A DNA stretch of 64,000 bases, taken from the NCBI GenBank assembly GCA_038087875.1, contig JAXLNO010000237.1, forward strand, positions 1 to 64,000. Direction: 5' to 3'. The stretch is from Malacoraja senta. Taxonomy: Eukaryota. The translations under genes and the position numbers were made by a program. Of the stretch, positions 62,646 to 64,000 are shown piece by piece. Each line of letters starts with the position of its first letter. The stretch's first letter is position 1. The notes beneath the pieces were generated by a model. The model ran no database searches. It was not told where the DNA came from and saw only the letters and a list, made by a program, of their open reading frames with translations.

Positions 62646-64000
62646 TGTAGCGGCGCCTGCTGGCGCACGCAGGTATCGAACCCGGTGTTCGGAAGCCGCG
62701 GTCACGTGACTCGGGAGGGGCTGCTGTTTTTCCGCGTGGTTTTGCTTTCGCGCGACAGTTCAGTGCTGACCACCGTTGTGGCCAGACGTGTTGTGAGAGC
62801 CTGTGAACTGAGCAGATATTTTCTGAATAAAAATACGTTTGAAAACTCAGTTGTCTTACTTGCGGCCGCCAAATTGGTGACCCCGACCTGTCTAGCCGTC
62901 GTTAGACAAGCAGATCATGCAGGAAGACTACGTTCCTGCAGAATCGGCCGGCACGCGGCAGGGCTCACCGGATCTGGTCCAAGCAGGCGGAGAAGGCATT
63001 CAAGGGGGCTAAGACAGCATTGGCCAACGCCACTATGGTGGAACACCCTAGGGCGTCAGCCCAAACGGCCCTCACCGTGGACGCATCCGACGTCGCGGTA
63101 GGTGCCGTCCTCGAACAACGTGTAGATAGCCGCTGGCTGGCATTTTTCAGCAGGCAACTGCGAGCCCCCGAAGTTAAGTATAGCGCTTTCGATCGGGAAC
63201 TCCTCGCGCTCTACCAGCGATCCACGATTTCCGTTACTTCCTGGAGGAGTGCGCATTCACGGACCACAAGCCACTCACGTTCGCTTTGACCAACGTGTCA
63301 GATCCCTGGTCTGCCAGGCAACAGAGGCACCTTGCCTACATTTCCGAATTCACATCTGATATTCGTCATGTGGCGGGAAAGCTGAACGTTGTGGCTGACA
63401 CGTTGTCCCGTCCGGCAGCCCCCAAAGTTTCAGCGTTATGTCTAGGCATGGATTATGAGGAGCTGGCCGCTGCCCAACAGGTAGATGCCGGTATGGAGGT
63501 TTACCACAATGCTGAATCAGGACTTAAGCTGGCTAAGGTGCCCTGCGGCGTCGCCGGCTTGCGAGTCCTTTGCGATGTCTCCACGGGCAAAGCCCACCCC
63601 ATTGTCGCGGTTGCTTGGAGGTGTCGGATTTTCGACACCATCCACAGCCTAGCGCACCCGTCCATTCGCGCCACCTCTGCTTTGGTCGTGGCCATGTTTG
63701 TCTGGCATGGGTTGAGGAAGCAGGTCGCTGAATGGGCCCGTTCTTGCATCCCCTGACAGACTTCCAAGGTACAGAGACATGTGTGCCCACCCGTGCAAGA
63801 TTTCGCAGTCCCGGACGGCAGGTTCCTGCACATCCATGTCGACCTGGTGGGTTCCTTGCCGTGTTCGCGCGGGGCTACTCACCTACTGACTATCGTGGAC
63901 AGGTTTACCAGGTGGGCAGAGGCAATACCGTTAACGGATACCTCCGCTGAGGCTTGTGCGCGGGCCATCGTCTCACATAGGATCGCTCATTTCGGGGTTC
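62646..64000 (+). mobile_element. Internally deleted Ty3/Gypsy element, CsRN1/Kabuki-like; runs off the window
   Basis: LTR TGTAGCGGC..GCCGCCAAA (62646-62873); PBS TGGTGACCCCGAC (62875-62887, tRNA-Trp type); RNase H VDASDVAVGAVLEQ, YSAFDRELLA, WSARQQRHLAYISEF; integrase HSLAHP, HIHVDLVG, LTIVDRFTRW. Confidence 0.9.

Noticed and set aside
62277..63101. 274-aa ORF
   Set aside because: Spans a GC-rich repeat, a Penelope arm and a Gypsy LTR; a chance composite

Overview
This is a repeat-dominated vertebrate window. Its tRNA-derived SINE, CR1 and Penelope repeat set resembles a cartilaginous fish, probably a skate or ray (inference). No host protein-coding gene can be identified with confidence; there are only a few candidate small exons, the best an 18-nt microexon at 1727-1744. 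Nearly all long ORFs are transposon-derived: a decayed DIRS tyrosine-recombinase element (about 7255-12480, minus) carrying a Helitron-like insert and an L1 3' end; a truncated BEL/Pao element (18815-22866); an old CR1 LINE (about 24215-32460) split by a Rex1/Babar LINE and GC-rich non-autonomous elements; a complete two-LTR Gypsy element (40730-45607) nested in one CR1 and containing another; a 5'-truncated L1 (46321-49066); an L2 fragment; three PIF/Harbinger-like MITEs; and an internally deleted CsRN1-like Gypsy at the right edge. Most notable: (1) many short Penelope-derived hairpin insertions carrying minimal hammerhead-ribozyme cores; (2) a non-chromovirus Gypsy whose primer-binding site is complementary to its own LTR (apparent self-priming); (3) a GC-rich non-autonomous family with a shared body but different LINE-derived tails.
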